A stretch of 36,539 nucleotides of DNA, taken from assembly GCA_050742955.1 (NCBI GenBank), contig JBOGDY010000001.1, positions 1 through 36,539 of the forward strand, read 5' to 3'. A model generated the notes under the pieces. That model saw only the letters and a list, made by a program, of their open reading frames with translations. It was not told the DNA's origin and searched no databases. The DNA comes from Actinomycetes bacterium. GTDB lineage: Bacteria > Actinomycetota > Actinomycetes > JACCUZ01. Both the position numbers and the translations under genes were made by a program. Shown piece by piece: positions 25,124-33,607 of this stretch; position 1 is the stretch's first letter, and each line of letters opens with the position of its first letter.

Positions 25124-28060
25124 ATGTACCCGCAGCTCACTCCCCCGCTGCTCGCCGGGCTCGGCATCGCGCTCGGCATCGTCGCCTTCCTGATCCTCCG
25201 CCGGCCGGTGCTGCGGCGCCTCGCGTTGCGGCAGGTCCGCCGACGTCCCACCGAGGCCGTGCTCGTAGTCCTCGGCTCGGTCCTGGGCACGACGCTGATC
25301 GTGGCCAGCCTGGTCGTCGGCGACTCCCTGGACCGCTCGGTGCGCCAGTCGGCCTACGACGTGCTCGGACCCATCGACGAGATCGTCCGGTCGTCGTCGT
25401 CGGACGTCGGCGACCTCGCCGCCATCCGCCTGCACCGCCTGCGCGAGGATCCGGACGTCGACGGGCTGCTCACGGTGCGCGGCGACGCGGCCGCGGCCAC
25501 GCGTGGTCAGGGCGAGAACAGGGTCGCCTCCCCGCGGACTCTGGTCTGGGAGCTGGACTTCGCCGCCGCGCGCGGCTTCGGGGGAGCCGAGCCCTCGGGT
25601 CTGGATGCCGCGGACCCCGGACCCGGGCACGTCGTCGTCAACACCACTCTGGCCGACGAGCTCGGTGCCGGGACCGGGGACCGGATCACGTTCTTCCTCT
25701 ACGGCCGCCTGACGGAGTTCACGGTCTCAGACGTGGTCCCCGCCCAGGGCCTTGCCGGGATGGGGCTCGGCGCGAGCGTCAACCGCAACGCCTTCTTCTC
25801 GCCTGGCACGCTCACGGTCGCCGCACGGCTGGCAGATCGTGAGCCGACGAGCTCGACCCTGGTGTCCAACCGGGGTGGGGTGGAGAGCGGCGAAGCACTC
25901 ACCGAGACGGTCAGCGCCAAGATCGACCGCGCGCTGGGCCCGCTCGCGACCGCGGGTGCCGCGGTGACCGCACCCAAGCAGGAGGTGCTGGACGCGGCGG
26001 AGGAGACCGGCGCAGTGCTGGGGTCGCTGTTCCTCTTCATCGCCAGCTTCGCCATCATCGCCGGCGTCCTCCTGCTGGTGAACATCTTCGTGATGCTCGC
26101 CGAGGAGCGAAAGGGGCAGCTGGGGATGCTGCGAGCCATCGGCATGCGGCGCCGCCGGGTCACCGGAGAGTTCTCCATCGAGGGCGCCGTCTACGGCGCC
26201 GTGGCTTCCCTGCTCGGCGCGGCGCTCGGCGTCGCCGTCGGACGGCTCGTGGTCGTTCTCGCCGTCAACGTCCTCAACGGCTACGAGCGCGGCGACAACC
26301 AGCTGGACATCGTGTTCGACGTCCGCCCGGCCAGCCTGGTCAACGGGATCGCCGCCGGCTTCCTGATCGCCTTCGTGGCCGTCGTGCTCACCAGCGTTCG
26401 CATCGCCCGCATCAACATCATCGCGGCCATCCGCGACCTGGACCCCACGACGCCGCCGCGGTCACGGCGTCGGCTCAGCGTGCTGTCCGCGGCGCTCACC
26501 GCCCTGTTCCTGGCAGCGTCGGTCCCGGCAGTCGCGTCAAGCGCGGGCGCCTCGACGTACCTCTTCCCGGCGCTCGTCGCCGTGTCCGCGATCCCGCTGC
26601 TGAGGCGGGTGGCTCCCGCGAAGCACGTCACCACCGGCGTCTCGGTGGCCGTGCTCGCCTGGGGACTCGGCGCCCACCTCGTCCGCCCACACATGTTCGA
26701 CGACGCGTCTACCGCTACCTACGTCGTCCAGGGGACCATGCTCTCCTTCGCCGCCGTAGTCCTGCTCAGCCAGTACCAGTGGCTGGTGCTGCTGCCGTTG
26801 CGCCCCCTCGTTTCGCGTCCCACCGAGGCCGGACTGGCAACGCGGCTGGCCATCGCCTACCCGACCGCCCGCCGGTTCCGCACCGGTGCGACGCTGGCGA
26901 TGTACTGCATCGTCGTCCTCGTCATCGTGCTGCTTGCCCAGATCTCGGCGGTCATCCGGTCGGGGGTCGACACAGCAGTCAGCGATGCATCCGCCGGATG
27001 GACCCTCCGCGCCGACTTCAACCCGAGCACACCACTGCCCGACATCACCAGCTCCGTCACCCAGGGGCGTTTTGCCGGCTCCATCGAGGACTCCGCCCCA
27101 CTCCTGACGGCCGCCGGGACCGGGGATGACCCGCTGGGGCGCACGACCGCTCCGCTGCCCGTGCTCGCTATCGGGGTGCCGGGCGAGATCGTCGGTCGGC
27201 AGCCTGCTCTCAGCGACCGGCTCGACTCGCTGCCGGACGACGAGACGGCCTGGCGGCTCGTGCTGGGCGACGCGCGCTACGTCCTGGTCGATGCCTTCTA
27301 CGGCTCCACCGGGGGACCCCAGGGCAAACCGATCACCCCCGGCGACCCCGTGACGTTGACCGACCCGCGCACCGGCAAGACCTCCGATCGGGTCATCGCC
27401 GGCGTCATCAAGGACGGCACCGCGTTCTACGGCGTCAGCGCGGGCGAGTTCCGGTTCCCCGTGGTGATGGGCCAGCCGGCCGTCCATCTGACGTTCGGCT
27501 CGGAGGCACGCTTCTCGAGCCTGCTGCTGCGGACTGCCGCCGGGGTCGACCGGGCGGAGCTCGTCCGGCGGATGCAGGGCGCCCTGCTCGCTTACGGCGT
27601 CGTCGTCACGGACATACCGGAGGCAGTGCGGGACATGTACGCCGCCAACACGCAGATGTTCCGGCTGATGCAGGGCTACCTGGCGCTCGGCCTCCTCGTA
27701 GCGATCACCGGTCTCGGAGTCATCATGGTGCGGTCCGTCCGTGAACGGCGCCGAACCATCGGTGTGCTGCGTGCACTGGGCGTCCGTGCCAGGACCGTGC
27801 GCCGCGCCTTCCTCGCGGAGAGCACGTTCATCGCGATCGAGGGTGTCGTCGTGGGTGTGCTGCTGGGTGTGCTCACGACCTGGCTCCTCTACCGGAACAG
27901 CCCTGCGTTCGCGGGCCTGGACGGTCCCTACCCGATCGCCTGGCAGGAGATCTCCGTAACTGTCGGGACCGCCCTGGTGGCGTCCTTCGTGGCCACGCTG
28001 CTCCCGGCACGGCGCGCGGCCCGGATCCGACCGGCGCTCGCCGTCCGCGTGCCGGAGTGA
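25124..28060 (+). CDS. Large FtsX-family ABC transporter permease with duplicated FtsX modules (~978 aa).
   Basis: ORF 24884..28060. ATG 25124 lies 6 nt after the ATPase stop. It repeats a TM-cluster architecture with a large extracytoplasmic domain and has FtsX-like segments (LRAIGMRRRRV, LRALGVRARTVRRAFLAESTFIA). Confidence 0.85.
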   Translation: MYPQLTPPLLAGLGIALGIVAFLILRRPVLRRLALRQVRRRPTEAVLVVLGSVLGTTLIVASLVVGDSLDRSVRQSAYDVLGPIDEIVRSSSSDVGDLAAIRLHRLREDPDVDGLLTVRGDAAAATRGQGENRVASPRTLVWELDFAAARGFGGAEPSGLDAADPGPGHVVVNTTLADELGAGTGDRITFFLYGRLTEFTVSDVVPAQGLAGMGLGASVNRNAFFSPGTLTVAARLADREPTSSTLVSNRGGVESGEALTETVSAKIDRALGPLATAGAAVTAPKQEVLDAAEETGAVLGSLFLFIASFAIIAGVLLLVNIFVMLAEERKGQLGMLRAIGMRRRRVTGEFSIEGAVYGAVASLLGAALGVAVGRLVVVLAVNVLNGYERGDNQLDIVFDVRPASLVNGIAAGFLIAFVAVVLTSVRIARINIIAAIRDLDPTTPPRSRRRLSVLSAALTALFLAASVPAVASSAGASTYLFPALVAVSAIPLLRRVAPAKHVTTGVSVAVLAWGLGAHLVRPHMFDDASTATYVVQGTMLSFAAVVLLSQYQWLVLLPLRPLVSRPTEAGLATRLAIAYPTARRFRTGATLAMYCIVVLVIVLLAQISAVIRSGVDTAVSDASAGWTLRADFNPSTPLPDITSSVTQGRFAGSIEDSAPLLTAAGTGDDPLGRTTAPLPVLAIGVPGEIVGRQPALSDRLDSLPDDETAWRLVLGDARYVLVDAFYGSTGGPQGKPITPGDPVTLTDPRTGKTSDRVIAGVIKDGTAFYGVSAGEFRFPVVMGQPAVHLTFGSEARFSSLLLRTAAGVDRAELVRRMQGALLAYGVVVTDIPEAVRDMYAANTQMFRLMQGYLALGLLVAITGLGVIMVRSVRERRRTIGVLRALGVRARTVRRAFLAESTFIAIEGVVVGVLLGVLTTWLLYRNSPAFAGLDGPYPIAWQEISVTVGTALVASFVATLLPARRAARIRPALAVRVPE

Positions 28061-28115
28061 CCGCCGCACCGGGCGAGCAGGGTCTCGCGGGCAGGGTCTC
28101 CGGCCTCGTTCCAGC

Positions 28116-28129
28116 GTGACCTTCGGCCC
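28116..28129. promoter_or_regulatory. DosR/DevR-type box B4 upstream of the CBS-BON-PNPOx gene.
   Basis: GTGACCTTCGGCCC, centred 76 nt upstream of ATG 28198. The 16-mer GTGACCTTCGGCCCTG is repeated exactly, in reverse complement, at 33553-33568. Confidence 0.55.
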
Positions 28130-28197
28130 TGACAGCGCGACGGTTGCGGTCCCTACCGTGGAGGCGTCGAAGGCCCGCTCCTCCACGGAGGTTCGCT

Positions 28198-29298
28198 ATG
28201 CGCGCTCCCGAGTTCATGTCGGCACCCGTGGTCACCGTGACGCCGCTGACCCCGATCACCGAGGCTGGGGCGTTGCTCCTCGGCCATGACATCACCGCGG
28301 CACCGGTCGTCGACGACGACCAGCGGCTGGTAGGCATCGTCAGCGAGTCCGATCTGCTCCGCGGTCGTGTGGGACCGGACCCGCGCACCCATGCGCTGCC
28401 CACATCCATCGACGAGTCGGAGCCACCGCACACGGTGGGCGAGGTGATGACGCACAAGGTCGTGGCGCTGCCCTACACGGCCGACGAGGCCGACTTCGCC
28501 GGCGCCATGCTCGACCATCGGGTCAAGAGCGTCCCCGTCGTGTCCGGCGGCCGGGTCGTCGGCATCGTGAGCGTCAGCGACCTGCTGCGCACAAGGGTGC
28601 GCAGTGACGACGACATCGCGACGGATGTCCGCGCACGCCTCCGGGAGTACGCCGAGGGCCGCGAGCCATGGACGACCACAGTCGCCGACGGGGTCGTGAC
28701 GATCGCCGGACCGATGGCGGCACCGCAGCGACGGGTCGCCGTGCTCCTCGCCCAGACCGTGCCCGGGGCGGTGCGGGTCCGCACCGACGCGGGAGCAGAA
28801 CATGCCCCGCCCGACCGGTCCGGGCGTCCCCTGACAGCACCGGCGGACCATCGCGAGCTGCGGGTCCTCGGCCTCGAGGAATGCTTGGACCGGCTGGCCG
28901 GAGTGCCCGTCGGGCGGCTGGCCTTCATGCACGACGGCGAGCCGACGGTGCTGCCGGTCAACCACGGCGTGGACGGCCTCGACGTCGTCTTCCGAACCAC
29001 CTGGGGTGCCAAGCTGCAGGTGGCCCAACACCAGGGACAGGTGGCGTTCGAGGTCGACGGCTGGGATAGCGACACGGAGTGCGGTTGGAGCGTGCTGGTC
29101 AAGGGCACCATCGGCATCGTCTACGAGACCGAGGACACCGACCGCTACGACAGCCTCGGCGTGCCCTCCTGGACCGGACTGGACGACCAGGCGTTCTGGC
29201 TCCGGCTACGACCAGCGGAGGTCACCGGCCGCGAGTTCGGGCCGCGGGCGCCGCGGGAAGACCTGGCTGACCCACGTGTCGCTCCCCCGCATCAGTGA
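28198..29298 (+). CDS. Fusion protein: CBS pair, BON-like domain and a pyridoxamine 5'-phosphate oxidase family (Pyridox_ox_2-type) domain.
   Basis: ORF 28144..29298. ATG 28198 is preceded by GGAGG. The N-terminal two CBS repeats include VVDDDQRLVGIVSESDLL and VVSGGRVVGIVSVSDLL. The middle is BON-like (DIATDVRARL...VADGVVTIAGPM...VPGAVRVRT). The C-terminus is the PNPOx split-barrel type (ECLDRLAGVPVGRLAFMHDGEPTVLPVNHGVDGLDVVFRTTWGAKL...GWSVLVKG...LRLRPAEVTGREF). Confidence 0.82.
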   Translation: MRAPEFMSAPVVTVTPLTPITEAGALLLGHDITAAPVVDDDQRLVGIVSESDLLRGRVGPDPRTHALPTSIDESEPPHTVGEVMTHKVVALPYTADEADFAGAMLDHRVKSVPVVSGGRVVGIVSVSDLLRTRVRSDDDIATDVRARLREYAEGREPWTTTVADGVVTIAGPMAAPQRRVAVLLAQTVPGAVRVRTDAGAEHAPPDRSGRPLTAPADHRELRVLGLEECLDRLAGVPVGRLAFMHDGEPTVLPVNHGVDGLDVVFRTTWGAKLQVAQHQGQVAFEVDGWDSDTECGWSVLVKGTIGIVYETEDTDRYDSLGVPSWTGLDDQAFWLRLRPAEVTGREFGPRAPREDLADPRVAPPHQ

Positions 29299-29336
29299 GC
29301 GGCAGCGGGGCCAACGACGAACCCTCGGCGTACGTG

Positions 29337-30230
29337 TCACGCCGTTGGCCGGTGGTCGTGCACGATGGCGACCGGGCTGGTCGCGCGGTGGAGGACGCCG
29401 TGGCTCACCGACCCGAGCAGCAGGCTTCGCAGCGCGCCCCTGCCGCGGCATCCGACGACGACGAGTCGCGCTTCGCGTGCTGCCGCGACGAGCGCCGGGG
29501 TGGCGTGCGACTGAAGAGTCTTCAGCTCGACAGGCACAGCGGGGTGCTTCTCGCGCCAGGGGGCCAGGGTCTCGTCCAGCATCGCCAGCTTCCTCTCGGC
29601 CGTGAGGTCCGGGTCGGGCATGACCGGGATCCGGATCGCGGGGCCGTTCGGCAGCGGCACGGTCCACGTGTGCAGGGCCGTCAGCGGTTCACCGGTCTCA
29701 GCGGCGTACCGGAAGGCGTAGTCGATCGCCGACTGCGCGGACGGTGACGTCTCGACGCCGACGACGACGCCGTGTCGGGTGGGCTCCGCCTCCCCCGGCA
29801 CGGGGACCGCCACCACCGGAGCGTGCGCGTGCGTGGCCACGTGCAGGGTCGTGGATCCGATGACAAGGTCGGCGAACCCACCCGTGCCGCGCGTGCCCAG
29901 CACGACAGTGTCCGCGTGTCCGGACTCGTCGACCAGCGCATCGACGGCCGAGCCCGCCTCGAGTCGCGTCGAGACCTGAACCCCGGGGTAGGCCTGACGG
30001 GCCTGTGCCTCTGCTGCGTTCATCATCCGCTGCATCGCCTCGCGCAGGCCGTTCCCGAAGTCCGAGTAGTAGCCGCCGGCGCGGATGTCGTAGATGGACG
30101 GCTCGTAGGCGTGTGCGAGCCGCACCGGCGCCTGTCGTCGGGCGGCGAGCTCCAGGCCCCAGGCCAGTGCTGCTTCGCTCGGCGGCGATCCGTCGATGCC
30201 GATGACGATTGGTTCGCGTGCGTCGCTCAT
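29337..30230 (-). CDS. Tandem universal stress protein (two UspA domains).
   Basis: ORF 29337..30287. The internal ATG at 30230 is preceded by AGGAGG. It has duplicated USP modules (VIGIDGSPPSE...VLGTRGTGGFADLVIGSTTLHVATHAHAPVVAV and VVGVETSPSA...VVGCRGRGALRSLLLGSVSHGVLHRATSPVAIV). Confidence 0.9.
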   Translation of the reverse strand: MSDAREPIVIGIDGSPPSEAALAWGLELAARRQAPVRLAHAYEPSIYDIRAGGYYSDFGNGLREAMQRMMNAAEAQARQAYPGVQVSTRLEAGSAVDALVDESGHADTVVLGTRGTGGFADLVIGSTTLHVATHAHAPVVAVPVPGEAEPTRHGVVVGVETSPSAQSAIDYAFRYAAETGEPLTALHTWTVPLPNGPAIRIPVMPDPDLTAERKLAMLDETLAPWREKHPAVPVELKTLQSHATPALVAAAREARLVVVGCRGRGALRSLLLGSVSHGVLHRATSPVAIVHDHRPTA

Positions 30231-30333
30231 GACGCCTCCTTGCCTGCCGAAGCGCCGGGCATCCGCTGCCCGTACGGACCAGCACACTCCGTCGCCCGCC
30301 CTGCAGACCAGGGCCGATCGCCGCCCCGCCGGG

Positions 30334-30347
30334 GTGACCTTGGTCCC
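30334..30347. promoter_or_regulatory. DosR/DevR-type box B2, on the USP-proximal side of the USP/GH65 divergent region.
   Basis: GTGACCTTGGTCCC, one mismatch from the perfect palindrome of B1 apart from the central dinucleotide. It is centred 110 nt upstream of the USP ATG (30230). Confidence 0.6.
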
Positions 30348-30370
30348 GCGCGGCCGGTCGTCGGCGCGAT

Positions 30371-30384
30371 AGGACCAAGGTCAC
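30371..30384. promoter_or_regulatory. DosR/DevR-type box B3, on the GH65-proximal side of the same divergent region.
   Basis: AGGACCAAGGTCAC, which matches the reverse complement of B2 at 13 of 14 positions. It is centred 125 nt upstream of the GH65 ATG (30503). Confidence 0.55.
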
Positions 30385-30502
30385 GGCATTTGCCTCCGTG
30401 GGGCCCTTGGCGGCGAGCCCTTGCGGCCGGTTACGTGAGGCGTGACCGTCCGTTCCCGCCGAGGATCTGTGGGCAGGTGGCTACGTTGTCGAGGGGTGTC
30501 GG

Positions 30503-32911
30503 ATGACCGAGTGGCTGCTGCGCTACGAGGGGTTCGAGCCCGAGGAGGAACGGGTTCGCGAGGTGCTGTGCACGCTCGGTAACGGCCGGTTCGCCACCCG
30601 TGCTGCCGCTCCTGAGTCCTGCGCCGACGGCGTGCACTACCCGGGCACCTACGCAGCAGGCATCTTCAACCGCGTCCCGGCCGACATCGAGGGCCATCAC
30701 GTCGAGCACGAGAGCATGGTCAACCTGCCGGACTGGCAGTCCCTCCGTTTTCGGGTGGAGGACGGGGACTGGCTGACCCCGTCCAGTCCCACGACGACCG
30801 ACTACGTCCAGGAGCTGGACCTTCGGAGGGGCCTGCTGACACGACGGTTCCGCGTCGTGGACGGTGAGGGCCGGCGGACGGCAGTCGCTCAGCGCAGGTT
30901 CGTCTCGATGGCCGACCCGTTCGCCGCCGGCCTCGACGCGACGTTCGTGGCGGAGAACTGGTCCGGACGCCTGGTTGTGCAGTCCGGCATCGACGGAGAT
31001 GTGGCCAACCGTGGAGTCGCCCGTTATACCGGGCTCGGGGACGTGCACCTGCGGGTGACCGGGGCGGAACGGCTCGGCTGCTCCGTGGTCGCGCTCGATG
31101 TCGAGACGCGCCAGTCCCGGGTTCGGGTGAGCATGGCCGCTCGACACCGAGTGCTGCTGGACGGACAGGTCTCAGCGACCCCGCAACGACCCCGGACAGT
31201 CCGTAAGAGCGGCTACATCGGGCTGGAGTTCTGCCTCGGCGTACGAGAGGGCGAGCAGCACACCCTCGAGAAGGTCGTGGCCGTCTACACCTCGCGTGAC
31301 CGAGCCGTGAGCGAACCAGGCGCCGCGGCGCGGACCGAGGCAGGGAGCCTGCCGGAGCTCGATCATCTCCTCTCACGTCACGTGCTCGCGTGGGACCACC
31401 TCTGGGAACGGTGCTACGTCCGGATCGACGCGGCCGAGTCGGCGACTCGCGCGCTCAACCTGCACCTGTTCCACCTGCTCCAGACGGTCAGCCGGCACAG
31501 CATGGAGCTCGATGTCGGCATCCCCGCCAGGGGACTGCACGGCGAGGCGTACCGCGGCCATGTGTTCTGGGACGAGATCTTCGTGTTCCCGTTCCTGAAC
31601 CTGCGAATGCCGGAGCTTGCCAGGGCCCTGGTGCTCTACCGCTGGAGGCGGCTGCCCCAGGCCCGGGTGGCGGCCAGGGAGGCCGGGTTCCGGGGCGCGA
31701 TGTTCCCCTGGCAGAGCGGGTCCGACGGTCGTGAGGAGGCCCCCGCGGTGCACCTCAACCCACGGTCTGGCCACTGGATCACCGACAACTCGCACCTGCA
31801 ACGGCACATCAACGTGGCCGTGGCCTACAACACGTGGCGGTACTACGAGGCCAGCGGCGACCGTGACTTCCTTTCCCAGTTCGGCGCCGAACTGATCCTG
31901 GACATCGCGCAGTTCTGGGCGAGCGCGGCAAACTACGACCGGGTCGGCGACCGCTACGACATCCGCAATGTGATGGGTCCGGATGAGTACCACGACGGCT
32001 ACCCCTGGCGGGATCGTCCCGGCCTGGACAACAACACGTACACGAACCTGATGGTGGTGTGGACCCTGCGCAGAGCGCTCGCCTGCATCGCGCTCCTGCC
32101 CGACCGACGCCGGTCGGAGCTGCTGAGCCTATTGGGTATCCGGCGGGAGGACGTGGAGCGCTGGGAGCACATGACTCGGAAGATGCGGCTGTGCTGGGTC
32201 GCCGCCAACGTGCTTGCCCAGTTCGAGGGCTTCGAGCGGCTGCGTCCGTTCCCGTGGACCGAGTACGTCGAGCGGTATGGCGACATCACCAGGCTGGACC
32301 GGATCCTGGAGGCCGAGGGCGACTCGCCCAACAACTACCAGCTCGCGAAGCAGGCCGACGTACTGATGCTCTTCTACCTGCTCTCTGCGGACGAGCTGGC
32401 GGACCTCCTGCACCGGCTCGGATACCAGTACACGCCCCGGCTGATCCCCAGCACGGTGGACTTCTACCGTCGGTGCACCTCCCACGGCTCCACACTCTCC
32501 AAGGTCGTCCATGCCTGGGTCATGGCGCGAAGCGACCGCCCGGCGGCCTGGCAGTTCTTCCTCGACGCCCTCGAGGCGGACGTCGCGGGCCATCTTGGCG
32601 GCACGACGGGCGAGGGGATCCATCTGGGCGCGATGGCCGGCACCCTTGACCTCCTCCAACGCGCCTTCACCGGTCTGGAGACGCGCGGCGAGGTGCTGCA
32701 CCTCGAGCCGTCCCTGCCCGACGAGCTCGCCTCTATGAGCTTCCGACTCCATTACCGCCACCATCACGGCCTAGAGGTCTATGTCGACCATGACCGGGTC
32801 ATCATCAGCGGGCGGGCCCACCCCGCGCCACCGTTGACGGTGCGGGTCCGCGGCGAGGACCACCGCCTCGACCCGAGCGGTGCCGTCGAGGTGCCGCTCA
32901 CGTCTCGTTGA
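30503..32911 (+). CDS. Glycoside hydrolase family 65 protein (maltose/trehalose/kojibiose phosphorylase-type).
   Basis: At 802 aa it has the typical GH65 length. The N-terminus WLLRYEGFEPEEERVREVLCTLGNGRFATRAA and the catalytic-region motif GHVFWDEIFVFPF are characteristic of actinobacterial GH65 proteins. Confidence 0.88.
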   Translation: MTEWLLRYEGFEPEEERVREVLCTLGNGRFATRAAAPESCADGVHYPGTYAAGIFNRVPADIEGHHVEHESMVNLPDWQSLRFRVEDGDWLTPSSPTTTDYVQELDLRRGLLTRRFRVVDGEGRRTAVAQRRFVSMADPFAAGLDATFVAENWSGRLVVQSGIDGDVANRGVARYTGLGDVHLRVTGAERLGCSVVALDVETRQSRVRVSMAARHRVLLDGQVSATPQRPRTVRKSGYIGLEFCLGVREGEQHTLEKVVAVYTSRDRAVSEPGAAARTEAGSLPELDHLLSRHVLAWDHLWERCYVRIDAAESATRALNLHLFHLLQTVSRHSMELDVGIPARGLHGEAYRGHVFWDEIFVFPFLNLRMPELARALVLYRWRRLPQARVAAREAGFRGAMFPWQSGSDGREEAPAVHLNPRSGHWITDNSHLQRHINVAVAYNTWRYYEASGDRDFLSQFGAELILDIAQFWASAANYDRVGDRYDIRNVMGPDEYHDGYPWRDRPGLDNNTYTNLMVVWTLRRALACIALLPDRRRSELLSLLGIRREDVERWEHMTRKMRLCWVAANVLAQFEGFERLRPFPWTEYVERYGDITRLDRILEAEGDSPNNYQLAKQADVLMLFYLLSADELADLLHRLGYQYTPRLIPSTVDFYRRCTSHGSTLSKVVHAWVMARSDRPAAWQFFLDALEADVAGHLGGTTGEGIHLGAMAGTLDLLQRAFTGLETRGEVLHLEPSLPDELASMSFRLHYRHHHGLEVYVDHDRVIISGRAHPAPPLTVRVRGEDHRLDPSGAVEVPLTSR

Positions 32912-32921
32912 GGCAGTTTGG

Positions 32922-33326
32922 TCACAGGTCGTGCTCGGCCAGCTCGGCCAACGTGGCCGTGACCAGCCAAGCAGGGGTCAGGTCCCTGGCCGACATCAGA
33001 CGCAGCTCGAGCGGGATGAGCACGTCGCGCTGCAGCGACCGGAGCCGCTCCTCACCCACGTTCTGACCGACCAGCTCGCGCGCCACGAAGGCGCGGGCAA
33101 CGCGCCAGTCGAGGGCTTCCATCTCCTCCGGCACGGGGTCGGCCGCCAGCTCGGCCACGCGGCTCGCCGAGCCGTGTGCCACCGCGTTGATCCACATCCA
33201 TGGTGCGACCTGGCCGCTTTCACCACGCGACCGGAGCCGCTCGAGGTAGCGACCCCCGAGAAAGGCCTCGACCTCATCGGCCAGCCCCGAGCCGACCTTC
33301 GGTGCGGCCCAGCGAAGGAAGGACAT
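32922..33326 (-). CDS. Hypothetical protein with an ambiguous start.
   Basis: ORF 32922..33437. Candidate starts are ATG 33326, GTG 33338 (9 nt after GGAGGG) and ATG 33437. No motif was recognised. GC3 is moderately high throughout. Confidence 0.45.
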   Translation of the reverse strand: MSFLRWAAPKVGSGLADEVEAFLGGRYLERLRSRGESGQVAPWMWINAVAHGSASRVAELAADPVPEEMEALDWRVARAFVARELVGQNVGEERLRSLQRDVLIPLELRLMSARDLTPAWLVTATLAELAEHDL

Positions 33327-33554
33327 CCAGCTTCGCACCGTCCTGCTCCCTCCTGAGGCGCCCTGTGACTGGCACCAGCACATCGCGCAGGCTGACCCCG
33401 CCACCACGGGCAGATGCCCCGACGCTGATGGGGCCAACGTCCTCCGTGCACGGGACGGACGGCACGGGGCACACAGCGAGAGGCGGGAGGGTCCACCGCC
33501 GCTCAGGCAGCGGGCCGAGACATCGATTCCAGCCCGTCCGCGGTTCGCGAAACA

Positions 33555-33568
33555 GGGCCGAAGGTCAC
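33555..33568. promoter_or_regulatory. DosR/DevR-type box B5 upstream of the hypothetical gene at 32922.
   Basis: GGGCCGAAGGTCAC is the reverse complement of B4 (GTGACCTTCGGCCC). The exact 16-mer is shared with 28116-28131. Confidence 0.5.
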
Positions 33569-33607
33569 TTGCCGGCGTTCTTCAGCGCGGCACCGGTCGG
33601 CGGTCGG

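Noticed and set aside
28158-28186. Hairpin GTGGAGG...CCTCCAC just upstream of the SD of the CBS-BON-PNPOx gene, considered as an anti-SD element, RNA thermometer or riboswitch-like element.
   Set aside because: The SD (GGAGG, 28187-28191) lies outside the stem. It is only 2 nt from the CCTCC arm, so it cannot pair with it. If the promoter sits next to box B4, the 5' arm may not even be transcribed.
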